From assembly GCA_046075565.1 (NCBI GenBank), contig JBJTQJ010000124.1, forward strand, positions 1 to 64,000: a stretch of 64,000 bases of DNA. Direction: 5' to 3'. Shown here one piece after another: positions 54,141 to 64,000 of this stretch. The stretch comes from Verrucomicrobiales bacterium (lineage in GTDB: Bacteria > Verrucomicrobiota > Verrucomicrobiia > Verrucomicrobiales > SLCJ01). The notes under the pieces were generated by a model. It ran no database searches, had not been told where the DNA came from, and worked only from the letters and a program-made list of their open reading frames with translations. Both the position numbers and the translations under genes were made by a program. Numbering within the stretch: position 1 is the first letter of the stretch; every line of letters starts with the position of its first letter.

Positions 54141-56873
54141 TCAGGAGGTCGCAGGACGGGCCGGGATACCGATGGCGGTTTCGAGATCCCCCTGCAGGCG
54201 TCGAAGGGCGGAGGGATCGGTGAGTTTGTTGCCGCCGGGCAGTGTGGTATAAAAGGTATCGATGGCGGCGCCCTTGGTGGTATTGATGCGGGCGTGGTCG
54301 ACTTCGAGGCCGGCGCGTCCGAGCGTGCGGAGCACATCGTGGAGCAGGCCGAGACGGTCGAGGGCTTGGATTTCGATGAAAGTGGCACGGGGGTCGACAT
54401 CGTTGTTGATGAAGACGCGCACCGGGAAAGCGGGCAGGCGAGGGTCGGGAGTTTGGCGCCGGCTGGCACCCTTGCCGATGAGTTCTTCGGAATCGTAATC
54501 GTCGGTGGTGAAGATGCGCTCGAGATCAGCATTGAAGTTCTTCAAGGTGCGCGGGTTGGTAACCGGTTCCCAATTGGTCGTGCAGACGCGGAAGACGTCC
54601 ATGGCGAGATCGTCGCCACGGGTGAAAATGTCGGCGGCGAGGATGTTCAGGCCCTGGGCGGAAAAACACGCGCTCAGGCGGGCGAGCAGGAGCGGGCGGT
54701 TCCAAGAGACGACGATCACTTTCGAGCAGCCTTCGTCGGGACGATCCTCCCAGAGTACGGCCGGCACGATGGCAGCCTGACCGCCATCGCGCACTTTGGT
54801 GAAGAATTCGCGGAAGACTTTCAGGTGAGTGCTGATGGTGTCCGCCTCCCGTGTGCGTAAGTAACGCTCCGGCATGAGATGGAAATGGACATCGATCTCG
54901 CGGGCGTAACTTTCCGGCAAGCGGCGCGTCACCTCCTGTTTGAGATTCGGGTCCGCGAATTCGAGGCGACGGCGGAAGGCTTCCTGATCCTCAAGGTAGG
55001 AGAGGGTATGCTGGTAAAGTTGGCGCATGAGCGTGGCCTTCCAGCCATTCCATGATTCCTCGGAGGTGCCGTTGGCGTCCGCGTAGGTGAGCAGATAGAG
55101 ATATTTGAGCGTATCGGCATTGCGCACGATGGAAGCGAACTCGGCGATGGTATTCGGGTCCTCGAGATTTTTCGTGGTGGCGGTTTTCCAGAAGCTCAAA
55201 TGGTGGTCGACGAGAAAGAGCAACCGGCGGCGGCGGAATCCGGAGAGTTGGTGCCTGCTGCTCAGGCGGGAGGCGAGCACGGCAGAGGCATCCTCGTGGT
55301 GGCGGGCGTTTTCGGCGCGTCCGGTGTCGTGTAGGAGCAGGGCTAGGTAGAGAATGAAGGGATCTTCGATTTCCTGGAAGAGATTCCGGAAGGTTGAAAG
55401 GGCAGGATCCGTCGTGTCGGCGAGCGTGTCGAGCATGTCGATGGTGCGCAGGGTGTGCTCGTCGGCGGTGTAGCGGTGGAAAAACTCGTGCTGGACCAGA
55501 CAGTCGAGGCCGCCGAACTCCGGAAGATAACGACCGAGCACACCCACACGGTGCATTTGCCGAAGGGTGCGGCCAACATCGCCGCTTCGTGAAAGGATAG
55601 CCTCGAAGGTGGTGCGCGCCGCCTTGTTGTATCTGAAGGATTTGTCGATCAATCCGTAGCTGGATTCGATCAAGTCTTTCAACTCGGGGGCGAGGCGCAG
55701 GTGACGGAGTTGCGTGTGCTGGAAAAGGCGGATGAGACGATGGGGATCTTCTTTGAACACGCGGGTGTTTACGGGATAGCAGCGACCATCCTCGTGGTAG
55801 AAGCCATCAAATTCCTCGCGGGTCGGGCGCTTGCGGGCGAGGAAAGATATGATGCCCCGTTTGCGGGTGCGGCGCACGCGTTCGATGTCGAAACCTTCGA
55901 GGATCTGCGAGGTGATCTGCCGGATGCAACGCGTGTGGCTGTAGTAATCCCGCATGAAGGCCTCGCATCGCCGGACCATGGTTCGCTGGGGGTATTTGAA
56001 ATCGGTGGCCACCACTCCCTGCAGATAGAGGGTTAGCACATCGCGGGCGCGGCCTTCGGCATAGTGCAGGGAGTTGCGCACGCGCAGGACGAATCCGTAG
56101 GCATTCTGGAGTTGTTTGTAAGCGGTGGCCGTGAGGAGCCCGCGATCGACGCACATGCGGAGATCCGTGCCTCCGAGTTTCACGAAGGCCGTCCAGACAG
56201 CGTTGTGATAGTCGCGCAGGCCACCGACGCCGTTTTTCACGTTCGGTTCCTGCACGTAAATGGTGCCGAGTTGTTTCTCGTGCCGATCTTTCAGGTCCTG
56301 CAAGCGGTTGTCCAGATAGATATCCTCCCGCCCTTTGATGCTCTTCTTGCGGAAGGCGGCCATGAATTCGTCATAGATTTTCGTCTCCCCGCAAATGGGG
56401 CGGGACTCGATGTGGGCGGAGAGGGTTTGGAAGTCGCTGTTTCCCTGGCTTATGGCCTCGGGGATGTTGCGCACGGCGTGCCCGAGTTTGAAGCCGATGT
56501 CCCAGAGCATATAGAGGATTTCCTCAATGGCTTCTTTGAGCCGCGACGAGGGTTGGGCCATCTGGTGGAGGAAAAGCAGGTCGATATCGGAATGGGGGTT
56601 CAGCAGGCCGCGTCCATAGCCTCCGGTGGCAACCAGGGCGAAGGGGGGGCAGGGAGCGGCTCCTTGCGTGCCGGCGGCGGCATGTTCATAGAGAGCGGTC
56701 AAGATGGCGTCTAACAGGCGCGCCCTCGCCCCGGCCACTTCGATGCCGCCCGCCCCGCCGTTGTGTTTCATGCGGATGCGCTGCTCTTGCACCCGCAGGT
56801 ATTTTTTGTAAGCCGAAACCGCCTCCTTGCGGTTCAGGTTCTGGCGGGAGGGTGGCGGTGGCAGTTTGAGCAT
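54141..56873 (-). CDS. glnD: [Protein-PII] uridylyltransferase/uridylyl-removing enzyme
   Basis: ATGGYGRG.LNPHSDIDL, PNVKNGVGGLRD, HRYTADEHT, LLHD (HD), two ACT domains. Confidence 0.96.
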   Translation of the reverse strand: MLKLPPPPSRQNLNRKEAVSAYKKYLRVQEQRIRMKHNGGAGGIEVAGARARLLDAILTALYEHAAAGTQGAAPCPPFALVATGGYGRGLLNPHSDIDLLFLHQMAQPSSRLKEAIEEILYMLWDIGFKLGHAVRNIPEAISQGNSDFQTLSAHIESRPICGETKIYDEFMAAFRKKSIKGREDIYLDNRLQDLKDRHEKQLGTIYVQEPNVKNGVGGLRDYHNAVWTAFVKLGGTDLRMCVDRGLLTATAYKQLQNAYGFVLRVRNSLHYAEGRARDVLTLYLQGVVATDFKYPQRTMVRRCEAFMRDYYSHTRCIRQITSQILEGFDIERVRRTRKRGIISFLARKRPTREEFDGFYHEDGRCYPVNTRVFKEDPHRLIRLFQHTQLRHLRLAPELKDLIESSYGLIDKSFRYNKAARTTFEAILSRSGDVGRTLRQMHRVGVLGRYLPEFGGLDCLVQHEFFHRYTADEHTLRTIDMLDTLADTTDPALSTFRNLFQEIEDPFILYLALLLHDTGRAENARHHEDASAVLASRLSSRHQLSGFRRRRLLFLVDHHLSFWKTATTKNLEDPNTIAEFASIVRNADTLKYLYLLTYADANGTSEESWNGWKATLMRQLYQHTLSYLEDQEAFRRRLEFADPNLKQEVTRRLPESYAREIDVHFHLMPERYLRTREADTISTHLKVFREFFTKVRDGGQAAIVPAVLWEDRPDEGCSKVIVVSWNRPLLLARLSACFSAQGLNILAADIFTRGDDLAMDVFRVCTTNWEPVTNPRTLKNFNADLERIFTTDDYDSEELIGKGASRRQTPDPRLPAFPVRVFINNDVDPRATFIEIQALDRLGLLHDVLRTLGRAGLEVDHARINTTKGAAIDTFYTTLPGGNKLTDPSALRRLQGDLETAIGIPARPATS

Positions 56874-57016
56874 GGCGGTTCGGGGAATTCATCGCGCCAA
56901 GACGGGCTTTCGGCAAGAGCGGGATCGTTTCACCTGTCCCGGTGCGGGTCAGGATTCCATTTGTAGGGTGGATTCCGGTGAAACAAGCCGGAGCCCCCAA
57001 ACGTAGCAAGGCCGCC

Positions 57017-58750
57017 ATGATTAGGAAGTTTAAGCGCACATTCTATTTGCTGGGCATGCTGGCCCTCCTTGCCCGCATCCCGGCGGATGCCGCGGAGGAG
57101 CTAACCTATCCGGCCAAGGATTTCGCCAAACTCGACACATTCGAGGGCTTGAATCTGGAGGACGCGGACAAATTGTTCACCAAAGGCGATTTCGCGGGCG
57201 CTTTTGCCGCTTACAAGGCCTATGCGGCGGAGTTTCCCAAAAGCAAGGCCTCGTCCTACGCCATGCTGAGGATGGGACGCTGCCTGCACAAACTCGACAA
57301 GCGTAATGCCGCCATCAAGGCCTACCAAGACGTGGTGGATTATTACCCCGACGATGTGCCCTTCGCCGCCGCCGCCCTTTACCACATCGGCGAATGCCAC
57401 GGCCAGAATGGAGAGGAGGCCAAAAAAAGCTCCGTCTGGGCCAAGATGGTCAAGGACGACGGCTACGTGACCCAGCCGAATTCGGGGACGGCGCTGGCCT
57501 ATCTCGGAACCGCCATGGAAAAAGCCGGGAAATTCGAAGAGGCTGCCGAATACCAATGGCGGACGGCCGTGGCCTTCCTCAAGAGTAACCCGACGGCGGC
57601 GGCCACCGCCCGGGAGGCCGTGCTCGTCCATTTCGCCACCCGTGCCCCTAACCACGAAAAGCTGAAGGAGTTCTATGTGGCCGCCAGTGGCTTTGATGGC
57701 AGGGGTGACAAAACCACCCTACCGGAAGATGACCCGAGATACTGGATCACGGTTCTTTCCCGGGTGCTGAAAATGGAAGGTGATGCGGCGGTCAGGGAAC
57801 AGGCTTGCGCCTACTGGAGCGCGAAAATGGGTGACCGATTCGTCGAAGAGGATGGCCTCCGAAAACTCTGGTTCGATGCCCAGTTCGCCACTGAAAAATC
57901 CAAGGAGTCTTGGGTGGCGCGGATGGAAAAACAGTTCAAGGCCAAACCCGCCACCATGGATCGTGTTCTCCAATGGTGCGACTTCTACCCCAAATCAGAG
58001 GCCGAGTTGCGGTCCGCGTTTTTTGCTGCCCAGGCCAAGGAACTTCTGGGCGGGCTCAAACCGGCGGAAAAAATCCAACTGGTTAACCGGCTCGGCCACC
58101 CGCTTGGCATGCCGCAAGAGGCGCGAATGGTATTGGCCACGATCAGCCCGGAGGGCATGGACGACCAGACTTTGCGCGACCTCGCCTTCGCCGCCGCCGC
58201 CCATGAGCCCGAGGATGGTGTGCTCCGGTATTTTTCCCGGATGAAGGACCCGGTCTTCGCGGCCAAATCCCGCTTCGATTATTACCGGGATCGGAGCCAT
58301 AGGAACAATCCATTCAAGGAGAAGGCGCTGGCGGAAATCCCCGCGCTCCAGAAATCCCCGCAGTATGCCGGCCAGGTCCTGAGCTGGGAGCAGGGGCAGT
58401 TGTTGCACGGGCTCGGGCGCTATGAAGAGGCCATCAAGGCCTACCGCGCGTCTAACAAGGAGCCTGAGGCCAGTTGGGAGATTGCCCAGTGCCTCGAAGG
58501 CCTGAAACGTTTTCCCGAAGCCATCAAAACATATCAGGAACTCGAATCCGTGGGTGGCGGCACCGCCTCCCGCGCCGCTTTGGAAATTGCCAATGTTTAC
58601 CTACGCGGCGGCGACAAGGGCAAGGAAGTAGATCAACTCCGCATCGTCCTTCGCCGCTACCCGAAAAGCACCCAGTCCAGCGAAGCCCACACCAGATTGG
58701 AACGCTACGGGGTAAAGTTGATCGGCGGCGAAGCCGAAGCCTTGAAATAA
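57017..58750 (+). CDS. Secreted tetratricopeptide-repeat protein
   Basis: Signal peptide; repeated helical A..Y...V..YP motifs. Confidence 0.8.
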   Translation: MIRKFKRTFYLLGMLALLARIPADAAEELTYPAKDFAKLDTFEGLNLEDADKLFTKGDFAGAFAAYKAYAAEFPKSKASSYAMLRMGRCLHKLDKRNAAIKAYQDVVDYYPDDVPFAAAALYHIGECHGQNGEEAKKSSVWAKMVKDDGYVTQPNSGTALAYLGTAMEKAGKFEEAAEYQWRTAVAFLKSNPTAAATAREAVLVHFATRAPNHEKLKEFYVAASGFDGRGDKTTLPEDDPRYWITVLSRVLKMEGDAAVREQACAYWSAKMGDRFVEEDGLRKLWFDAQFATEKSKESWVARMEKQFKAKPATMDRVLQWCDFYPKSEAELRSAFFAAQAKELLGGLKPAEKIQLVNRLGHPLGMPQEARMVLATISPEGMDDQTLRDLAFAAAAHEPEDGVLRYFSRMKDPVFAAKSRFDYYRDRSHRNNPFKEKALAEIPALQKSPQYAGQVLSWEQGQLLHGLGRYEEAIKAYRASNKEPEASWEIAQCLEGLKRFPEAIKTYQELESVGGGTASRAALEIANVYLRGGDKGKEVDQLRIVLRRYPKSTQSSEAHTRLERYGVKLIGGEAEALK

Positions 58751-58757
58751 TCTTTAA

Positions 58758-58899
58758 AACCACGAATGGACACGAAGGAACACGAATAAGAAAACAAAAA
58801 CCGCATGTTTACCAAAGAAACTTCGCTCGCTCGTTTTCGTAGTTTTCATTGTCTTCTAACCTTTTGAAAATTCGTGCCCATTCGTGCCCATTCGTGGTT
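58758..58899. repeat. Gene-less periodic inverted-repeat element related to the GxxExxY flanks
   Basis: AACCACGAATGGACACGAAGGAACACGAAT (58758-58787) and ATTCGTGCCCATTCGTGCCCATTCGTGGTT (58870-58899), 26/30 complementary, 82-bp AT-rich spacer. Confidence 0.8.
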
Positions 58900-58937
58900 C
58901 CGTTCCCGTCCATCTCCTCTCACTTTCCCGCCATCCA

Positions 58938-61325
58938 ATGAAGCCAATCCCATTCTCCCCATCCCGTCGCTCCATAAGCCGGAAATCTTCCCCACATCTT
59001 GTGCTGGGAACCGCCCTTGGTTGCTGGTTGTCCGTGGCCGCGCCAGGCATGGCCCAGGAAGCCGCCACTGAACGTCCGCGGGCAACGGCGGAGCTCGATC
59101 GCGAGGCCAAACAACTTTATGATCAGGCGATCGAGTTGATGGATTACAAACAATATGATCGCGCCGTCGCCATGCTGGAAACCGTGGTGCGCGACAACCA
59201 GGGCAGCTTGATCGCCTACATGGCCCACATGGCCATGGGCAAACACCATCTGGATCAAAACAAGGAGAAAGAAGCCCTCGACCATTTTCTCCTGCTCACC
59301 CGCTTGCTTGCTCCTGTTCCCGGCGAACAACAATCACCGGAACTGCGCGAACTCTTTAACGAGGCGCTTTTCCAAGCCGGATTCAGCCATTACAAGGCCG
59401 GTCAATACGCGGCCGCCTTCCCGCTCCTGCGCCGCTTGACCGAAGTGGCGGGGAAAACCAAGTGGGCGAACCAAGCCTACTTCTACATCGGGATGAGCCA
59501 CTACAACCTCAAGAACTGGAATAAGGCCATCGATTCCTTGTCTCTGGTGGGCACCGAAGTCGAGGACACCGAAGAAGCTGCCGACGATCTCGGGCGCATC
59601 GAGATTGGACAAAGGTTCTATTCGAAGATCGTGGACGCCGACGTCCCGATCATGCGCAAGCTCAATGTGGCGGTCACGGCCAAGGTCACGGTTTCCAGCG
59701 GCGATGCGGAAACCATTACCGGCACTCCGGTGCCCGGCAAAGCCAATGAAATGCTCGCTTCCGCTCCAACCGTGCTCGGCGAAGCGAAGCCGGGCGATGG
59801 AGTTATCCAGATGCTCGGCGGCGATACCCTGACCGTTGTTTACGTGGACGACAGCACCCAGGACGGACAGAAAGGCATCGAGCGTGTCGGCAAGGTCCGC
59901 GCGGTCAGCACCGGCACCGTCGGCTTTTTCCTTGGCGACAACTCCACTCCCGCCTATCTGGCGTATCCCGGCCAGCCGCAGGTCGTGATGCTGCGCGATG
60001 CCGATCTCGACAAATCACCCGCCGCCGAGCAAACCACGCTCACCATCATTTCCCGTTACAAGGTAGAATCGGAGGAGCCGGCCGAGAATGCCGACGCCCT
60101 CGATATCTTCGCCCTCGACGATGCCAACAAGGTGTCGTGGAAAGAACGGGACCGCGTGACCATCAAACTGGTGGAAACCGGCGAAGGCCCGCAGATCCGC
60201 TCCGGCGCGTTCCTCGGGAAAATCGACCTTGCCCCCGTCGTCCCGGGAGCCGAACCCGATACCGCCGATGCCTTGCTCACTTGTGACGAACTCGACGAGT
60301 TGCTCGTCACCTACACCGATGATGTCCACCTCTATGGCGATGAATCCCGCACCAGCGAAGCCAAGATCAAGGTCGCTGGCTCGGTGAACTCGGGCGTGAC
60401 CGCCGATCAATACGTGGTCTTCGAGGAACAACTCAAGGCGCGCAAGGGTTCGGTGGAAGCCGAGGCACTCGTCGGCCTGGGAGCCATTTACAAGGACATG
60501 GGTCTCGACCAACGGGCCTCCATGCGCGCCAAGGAGGCCCTCGACAAAATCGATCCCATCATTCTCAACCGGAGCAAACTCCCCGGCGAATTGGTGGAAA
60601 ATGCCTTCCGCCTCAAGTGGGAAAGCGAGCTGCTCAAGAACGACTTTGCCGCCGCCACCGCCACCTGCCTTGCTTTCAACCGCCTTTATCCGGAATCCGT
60701 GCTCGCCGACCAGGCCTTGATGACGCTCGGGCGCAGTTTGGCTGATAAAGGAGATTTCGCCCAGGCCGTTGGTGTTTATGGCCGGGTGCTGCAACTTCAG
60801 AACCCGATCTCGGCCGCCGAAGCCCAGTTCCGCATCGGCGAAACCTTGCAGAAGGAAGCCGAGGAAAAGGCCAAGGCCGCCGATGCCCACAACAGCAAAT
60901 GGGGAACCGCCGGACTGGGCAAAACCACGCTGCAGAATATGATGAGCCCGGCCATCGCCGCCTACCGCAAAACCTTCCAGACCTATCCGGAAAGTTCCTA
61001 TGCCGCGGAGGCCCTCGGGCGGGTGGTCCGATATTTTGTCGAGAGCGAGGACTACGCCCAGGCGGTCGAGCTACTGGAGAGTGTCTTCAATGATTTCCCC
61101 GACGCGGCTTTCCTCGATGAGATGCTGTTGCTCTGGGCCAATGTCGGCTTCCGCATGGGCGACATGGAACTGGCCAAAGGCAAACTCCGCCAGCTTCTCT
61201 TCGAGTATCCCGCAAGCAACCATGTGGAGGAAGCGCGCAAGCGGCTCGCCTGCATGGAAGCAGGCAGTGCCGATGCCCCGACCGGGGAGGCTGGAGCCGC
61301 CGCCGGTGCGGGAGCCAAGGAATAA
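58938..61325 (+). CDS. Secreted TPR protein with a central beta-rich insert
   Basis: Signal peptide, N- and C-terminal TPR/BamD-like repeats, two central beta-rich units ending in T(V/Y)xD. Confidence 0.8.
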   Translation: MKPIPFSPSRRSISRKSSPHLVLGTALGCWLSVAAPGMAQEAATERPRATAELDREAKQLYDQAIELMDYKQYDRAVAMLETVVRDNQGSLIAYMAHMAMGKHHLDQNKEKEALDHFLLLTRLLAPVPGEQQSPELRELFNEALFQAGFSHYKAGQYAAAFPLLRRLTEVAGKTKWANQAYFYIGMSHYNLKNWNKAIDSLSLVGTEVEDTEEAADDLGRIEIGQRFYSKIVDADVPIMRKLNVAVTAKVTVSSGDAETITGTPVPGKANEMLASAPTVLGEAKPGDGVIQMLGGDTLTVVYVDDSTQDGQKGIERVGKVRAVSTGTVGFFLGDNSTPAYLAYPGQPQVVMLRDADLDKSPAAEQTTLTIISRYKVESEEPAENADALDIFALDDANKVSWKERDRVTIKLVETGEGPQIRSGAFLGKIDLAPVVPGAEPDTADALLTCDELDELLVTYTDDVHLYGDESRTSEAKIKVAGSVNSGVTADQYVVFEEQLKARKGSVEAEALVGLGAIYKDMGLDQRASMRAKEALDKIDPIILNRSKLPGELVENAFRLKWESELLKNDFAAATATCLAFNRLYPESVLADQALMTLGRSLADKGDFAQAVGVYGRVLQLQNPISAAEAQFRIGETLQKEAEEKAKAADAHNSKWGTAGLGKTTLQNMMSPAIAAYRKTFQTYPESSYAAEALGRVVRYFVESEDYAQAVELLESVFNDFPDAAFLDEMLLLWANVGFRMGDMELAKGKLRQLLFEYPASNHVEEARKRLACMEAGSADAPTGEAGAAAGAGAKE

Positions 61326-61357
61326 GGAAGCGAGCGAACCCTTCACCCGCACATCCG

Positions 61358-64000
61358 ATGGGACGACTTCCTTCATCCGACAATCAACCCCCGAGCCCAC
61401 CTGCCGCCGCAAGGAGACGGCGGAGGACGGGAATTTTCCCCCTGCTCCCCGGTCTAGCTATCGGGTGTATGGTATTTGTTAGCCCATCTCCGGCCGGGCC
61501 GTTTGAGGAACGCCGTGCATCGGTGGCGCGAGCCGTGGAGATCCAATCGGAGGCCGACATGGCTGCCTTGCTCCAGGCCGGGCTTGACGAGAACCTGCCC
61601 GCGCCCGCCATCATGCTGGTCCGCCAGTGGATGCGCCAGAATCTTCCCAAGGATGCCCGGATGCTCGGTCTGGCCGCCCGCGCGGCCCAATTGAGCGGCG
61701 ATGCCAAGGAGGCATCCGCGCTTTACCAGCAATTCCTCAAATTAGCCGATCCAAAATCCGCCGAAGCAAGTGACGCCATCACCGCGCTGCATGGACTTCT
61801 GCTCAACCAACTCGCCGATCCCGGCACGGCTTACGCCTTCGCGCGCGCCGAAGCGGAACGTCTGGCCGTCAATCCGCGCTTCCGCCAATATGATCGCTGG
61901 TTCCTCGATCTGGCCAAGGAGCGCCAGGACGCCGAAGGTGTGGCCATCCGTTTGTTAGCCATCATCAAGGCGGGTGCCCCGCAGGCCGAACTGGTAACTT
62001 TTTATGACGGCGACTTCCGCTGGTTGCTCGAGACCGTTGATGGTTATGTCGATCGTCCGGGTTCCATTCCGCTGACCCAGGATCTTTTCGATGCCATCAC
62101 CGAACTTGCCGCCGTCATCAAACACGATGAGGAAATGAAACTCCGGCTCGATTGGGCGGCGTCCGTCAAAGCCTACAATCTTTCTTTGCTTGGCGACGAT
62201 ACCAAGCGGGTCGGGAAAAGAAAACGCAAGCAGGGACCCGCGGCGGAAACGGAGAAGCTCGAACCGACCGCTGCTCCCATCGCCGAGGCAACCGCGCTTT
62301 TGACGAAGTATCCCGGCCATGCCAAGTGGGTGCAGGATGGATGGGCCGGCGGTGGCAATGGCCCATACTACCGGGGCGACCCCAAGAAATATTGGACACC
62401 CGATATCGATGCGAAGATGGCCCCCATCCTCGCCGCTTTTCCGAAGCTGAGCCCACTTCAACAAGCCGATCTTTTGCAATCATGGAAACCATCAGCCTAC
62501 TCCGGTTTCCCTGATGTCGGCTCGGTCAAGGCCGTGCGCGATTTCCTCGCCGCCAACCCCGCATTGATGAATAGCCGCGATGGTTTGCTCATCCTGGACA
62601 AGGAGTGGAACAAATTAACGCCGGAAGAGGCGCAGCAAATGGCGCCGTCTTTGGAAAAGGCAACGGATCCAAGGGCTTCGTTGATTCGGTCCATCGCGGC
62701 AGGGGGCAAGGACTTGGACAAGGTGATGGCCGCCTTGTTAGGACCGGAGGTCTGGCGCCTGGGGCCCAACGAATTGAACGGCCCATATGCCGATCTCCTT
62801 TGGCATTACTGCGGTCGTCCGGGCGAGGCGGCCAAGCGGGACGCGGAGATTGCCAAGGCCAAGGCGCTGGCCGCCACCTTCGCCGCCGGCGATGTGAAAA
62901 AGGAAGACCCGGCCGACAAACGTCTGGCCGCCCTTCGCATGCTCTGGGTTGATTTTAAATCGTCCCAACCGAAAATCCCGGCTGTTTTCACCCGCCTGGT
63001 TGCCGTTTTGAAGGTCACGCCGGAAGCGGTGCCGGAATTGCTCAAGGATGCGAGCCCGGAAGCGCAGATCCTCGTCCGTGACGCCCTTGCAGCTGGATTG
63101 CAGGACACTACGGGCATACTGGAACGCGATGACCGTGCAAGGGGCATTTCCTCCTCGGTTTACAGCCCTTGGTTTTCGCGTCTGATCGCACTCCATGGTG
63201 GCCTTGAACGTTTGAAGCAAAGCAGGAAGGAATGGATTGCGCCCCATCCGATGGAACCGGCGCTCCGTGCCGCGTTGGCAGCGCAACTGCCACAAGGCAA
63301 AGTCGAGCCATGGTTGGTCATGGCTTGGATTAACACGCAGTTTCCCGAAAACAATGCCGAGTCGGTGAAGTTGATGCAGACGCTCTTCCAATCTCCGGTC
63401 TGGAAGACCCTGCCCACCGAAGCCCGCTTTGCCGCCCGCTCATGGTTCAAAGAAAACGCCATGACTCCAGCTGAATGGGCGCTCGTGCAGAGCTGTGATC
63501 CTGCCAAGCTTTCCCAAGCCTTGCTCGCTCTCCCCAAGGAAGCGGATACCGCGACCACCGTGGCCGCATTGAAATCCACCATCGAAGCGTTGACGTCCGC
63601 GCCGATGCGGGTGGAAATCCAGGGCCTTGAGCAACTCGCCGCCGTGAGCGACGAGGTCTTCACCGCTCGGGAAGTCCAAGCGCTCATTCTGGAACTGGTC
63701 GATTCGCTCCATTCCTTCGAACCGACCAGAGCTTTCGGTGACCGGCTACTGGCCCACGCCCTCAAACAAGCCGACACCGCCGCCTTGCTGCGTTTGGCTC
63801 CCTATCTCTGGCGGCAAGTTGAAAGAGTGGCCAACCACCTCCCGACGATGCTCGCCCGCATCGACTCGCTCGCCGATGACCAACCGTCCGCCGCCAATGC
63901 CCTCGCCAGCACCGGCTTGGGCACCATCGATCGTTATCGCACCGGCCACTTGTGGTTCAAACGCGAGAGCGATGTCCCTCGCTTGCGCGCCGCCCGCAGC
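61358..64000 (+). CDS. Very large secreted alpha-helical protein; runs off the right edge
   Basis: Manual translation from ATG 61358: MGRLPSSDNQPPSPPAAARRRRRTGIFPLLPGLAIGCMVFVSPSPAGPFEERRAS... Absent from the ORF track, consistent with no stop inside the window. Confidence 0.75.
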   Translation, partial: MGRLPSSDNQPPSPPAAARRRRRTGIFPLLPGLAIGCMVFVSPSPAGPFEERRASVARAVEIQSEADMAALLQAGLDENLPAPAIMLVRQWMRQNLPKDARMLGLAARAAQLSGDAKEASALYQQFLKLADPKSAEASDAITALHGLLLNQLADPGTAYAFARAEAERLAVNPRFRQYDRWFLDLAKERQDAEGVAIRLLAIIKAGAPQAELVTFYDGDFRWLLETVDGYVDRPGSIPLTQDLFDAITELAAVIKHDEEMKLRLDWAASVKAYNLSLLGDDTKRVGKRKRKQGPAAETEKLEPTAAPIAEATALLTKYPGHAKWVQDGWAGGGNGPYYRGDPKKYWTPDIDAKMAPILAAFPKLSPLQQADLLQSWKPSAYSGFPDVGSVKAVRDFLAANPALMNSRDGLLILDKEWNKLTPEEAQQMAPSLEKATDPRASLIRSIAAGGKDLDKVMAALLGPEVWRLGPNELNGPYADLLWHYCGRPGEAAKRDAEIAKAKALAATFAAGDVKKEDPADKRLAALRMLWVDFKSSQPKIPAVFTRLVAVLKVTPEAVPELLKDASPEAQILVRDALAAGLQDTTGILERDDRARGISSSVYSPWFSRLIALHGGLERLKQSRKEWIAPHPMEPALRAALAAQLPQGKVEPWLVMAWINTQFPENNAESVKLMQTLFQSPVWKTLPTEARFAARSWFKENAMTPAEWALVQSCDPAKLSQALLALPKEADTATTVAALKSTIEALTSAPMRVEIQGLEQLAAVSDEVFTAREVQALILELVDSLHSFEPTRAFGDRLLAHALKQADTAALLRLAPYLWRQVERVANHLPTMLARIDSLADDQPSAANALASTGLGTIDRYRTGHLWFKRESDVPRLRAARS

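Overview
GC-rich bacterial chromosomal window. A Verrucomicrobiota (PVC) origin is inferred from the DUF1501/PSD1-cytochrome c, SHD1 and PPC-domain gene families. Core genes are intact: xerC, hisF, DAHP synthase, recO, prfB, trmD, class I fumarase, pgi, glnD, an MsbA-like ABC transporter and pilT. The window also has two tandem ammonium transporters, carbohydrate enzymes (GH95, GH1, GH63-like, mannonate dehydratase) and the start of a large operon of secreted TPR proteins. Five features stand out. (1) Three sigma-54 promoter/terminator units sit at the amt locus, and the first drives a ~105-nt structured RNA with no credible ORF. (2) A GxxExxY nuclease gene is enclosed by periodic inverted repeats inside an operon, and a gene-less copy of the same element sits in another operon. 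(3) There are two HUH tyrosine transposases and several REP-like families, and a ~32-bp hairpin mini-element is nested inside two unrelated REPs. (4) A putative leaderless antitoxin/Fic-like toxin pair is present. (5) In-frame stops and frameshifts are confined to accessory genes. All calls come from reading the sequence; no searches were run.
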